Positions 61,790 through 64,000 of a stretch of 64,000 bases of DNA are shown in pieces. The notes under the pieces were generated by a model. The model was not told where the DNA came from, did no database searches, and was given only the letters and a program-made list of their open reading frames with translations. The position numbers and the translations under genes are program-made. The stretch is from Camelus dromedarius (taxonomy: Eukaryota): positions 50,470,001-50,534,000 of the forward strand of contig NC_087437.1 of NCBI RefSeq assembly GCF_036321535.1, read 5' to 3'. Position 1 is the stretch's first letter. The number at the start of each line of letters is the position of its first letter.

Positions 61790-62077
61790 GTAGAGTTGCT
61801 AACAGAAGACTGGCTTGTTGGGCTCACAGAATATTACAACAAACCCGAATAGTTTGGCAGCATTTAGAAAGCAAGAGACTTCACACGAAAAGTTGGCTTT
61901 CTGACTTCTCTTAGGTGTTTGGAAGATGTGCCTCCTCTGGGCCCACATTCCCACCAGGCGTGGCACTGGCTGGGTGGAGCTCGGGAGCAGCTGCTTTTTG
62001 AGGCCAAACCTACTTCCTGAACCTCTTACTTTACTTACAGGGAGTGTTCAGTCCCTTTAGGTATTTGTGAACCCTGC
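61790..62077. mobile_element. MER102-like hAT-Charlie fossil
   Basis: CTTCTCTT...GGAAGAT...CTGGGCCCACATTCCC...TTTGTGAACCCTG end. Confidence 0.65.
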
Positions 62078-62319
62078 TCTAACCGATTACCTTGTATTAT
62101 TACAAAATGCTTTCTTCAGTGATCTTTAAAAATGAAATGTAAAGAAAAATTAAGTGTAAAGATAAAATGTAAAGGAACAGATTCCCTCAAAATACTCCAT
62201 GATAACTTTCTTGCCAATGTTTCCTAAACTCTTTATAATGGTGCTAGCAGGGTACCACCCCAAATGGAGTTAAACGACACAAGTAAGAAGTAAGAAGCAG
62301 CTAAGTATAACTACAAATC

Positions 62320-62800
62320 TGTGGTTCTTGAATTTTAGGAAGTATCAAAGTCTTATCTGGAGACCTTATTGAAACAGACTGCTGGGTCCCATCCTCAGAG
62401 TTTCTGATTCAGGAGGTGCAGGGTGGGGCTGAGAGTCTGCATTTCTAAGAGGTTCTCAGCCATTGCCTATTCTGCTGGCCCTGGAGCACTTTTTGACAAC
62501 CACTGAGGCATGCTACTCAAAATGCAGTCCCTGGGCTAGATGCCTGGGGCCTTTTAGGATTGGAGACTCTCAGGCCCTCTCTCAGCCAGTGTAACCAGGA
62601 TCTGCAGGTGGTTTGTGGGAACAGTACATTTTGAGATGCAATGGACTAACTTGTTATCCCCAAACCTTCCTGGTAAAAATCACTGGGGTGCTTGTTAAGT
62701 ATGCAGGATACCAGGCCTTTCCCTTAGACATTTTTTCAGAAATCTATTTTTGTCAAGCTCCAAGTGATACTTATCAGGAAAGTTTAGGGAAAATAGGCTA
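62320..62800. mobile_element. MER5A (62320-62505) followed by two further MER5-family MITE remnants
   Basis: CTGCTGGGTCCCATCCTCAGAGTTTCTGATTCAG...GGGTGGGGCTGAGAGTCTGCATTTCTAA...ACAACCACTG. Confidence 0.75.
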
Positions 62801-64000
62801 ATGGTGGTATTAATATATCTAAAGACAGAATATGTTTTTAAACACAGGGATGAGCAAATGAAATTTTAAAAATTTGAAAAATGGAAAGTCTCAGGGGAGA
62901 AAATTGGTAGCATGTCTTCAACCATTTGGGGCTCTGCAGCCGATGGTATGCGTTCCTTTTGTGGAGAGAGATGCATCAAATTGTCAGCTCCTTTATCATA
63001 CACCGAACTCCTTTTACCTGGGTGCCTGCTTATCAAGAAACCTTGTCATTATAATTTGGCTTCCATGTGTTTTTCACACCAGGCAAAACACACCAGTCAA
63101 ATGAATGTAAGTATTCTGATTTATGACAGGTACATTTCTCACTATGAATCAAGAAATCATCATTAAGGTACTGATATATTTTTCTGTGGGTTCTAGGCGA
63201 TCAAACCATTTTTGTTTAATAACAAAATCAAATTCTTAGCCAAGTGTGTAGGTTATTGTTTGAGGAAGGGACAAACGCTTTTGCCCACAAATATTTCTTA
63301 TGTGTGGATTCCACTGTATAGTTTTTAACTCTTATATACATTCCTTTAAGCAAATGAGATTTTTTTCTGAAAGGAGAATTAAATTAGCAAACAATAGAAG
63401 TGTGCAAAATACACAAGAAATAAACATCTAAAAAAGCAAAGAGTTGATGAGGAAATTGTCTTTTTAATTCTTTCAATTTTTAAAAGTGAAATACTGGACT
63501 TGCTGAGTCTTATCTTTTCCCTTAATCTGTCTTCACAATTCTTGAGGAGGAGAGTAAAAATTTTCCCTTCTGCTTTAAAGACCTAAGCTGTCACTGAATC
63601 TACCTACTAAGTACATTTTTCCAAATATCAAATGTTTCCAAGGTCTTCTCAAGAAATACAAATCTCTGGATTCGCGAACGTCTTTGCTTGCTCCCCTGTA
63701 CATCCACCACCAAATTCCACAGTTTTCATCTGGGAAATTAACAAATTCCTTGTCGTTGTTGAAACACAGTATTTCTATTACAGTTTGAAGTGAATAATCT
63801 TATTCTAGAAATCTTATTCTAGAAATCTGAGGCCATCAGAGGATCGGTGTGTCTGGAGGATGTTTCAATGCTAATCCCCCTTCTGAATAGAACAGTTTTT
63901 ATTTCCAAGGTTCCAATTCCACCTAAAGTTGCACTGAGTTTTTAAAGGTGACTAGGCTGGCCAGTAGCATGACTGTGATCCTCTGGTCAAGTAAGTATGA

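Noticed and set aside
63575..63775. Stop-free minus-strand frame (EILCFNNDKEF...WWWMYRG...)
   Set aside because: No recognisable protein family or convincing exon structure; length is compatible with chance.
47000..64000. Exons of the expected syntenic neighbour MCCC1 (and ATP11B at the left end)
   Set aside because: I found no recognisable MCCC1 C-terminal or ATP11B peptide; the FEEEGG in ORF 55249..55581 looks like a chance resemblance. The neighbours probably lie outside the window.
1..64000. A novel multi-gene biological system
   Set aside because: All recognisable coding signal is explained by DCUN1D1 and decayed L1s; the remainder is ordinary mammalian intronic or intergenic repeat content.

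Overview
Mammalian genomic DNA, most likely camelid. The evidence is eight tRNA-Ala-derived SINE copies resembling Vic-1, cetartiodactyl-type L1 3' ends, and no Bov-A/BovB/PRE-1/Alu elements that I could recognise. The window holds one complete protein-coding gene on the minus strand, DCUN1D1 (DCN1-like protein 1, a neddylation co-E3). Its 7 coding exons are 46258-46260, 34679-34895, 33163-33331, 30756-30886, 20198-20280, 19859-19955 and 18473-18552, totalling 780 nt (259 aa + TAG), with all introns GT-AG. It has a CpG-island promoter at about 45.5-46.7 kb and a long, transposon-free putative 3' UTR with several poly(A) signals. The rest is intronic or intergenic sequence rich in L1, L2, MIR, ERV LTRs, hAT MITEs and microsatellites; repeat family names are assigned from memory and their boundaries are approximate. 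I found no convincing previously undescribed biological system. The best leads are a polyadenylated MER41-like LTR fragment with remodelled STAT sites, a candidate cryptic exon that would remove the cullin-binding C-terminus, inverted SINEs flanking exon 3, alternative polyadenylation next to a miRNA-site cluster, and two templated-insertion repair scars inside L1s.
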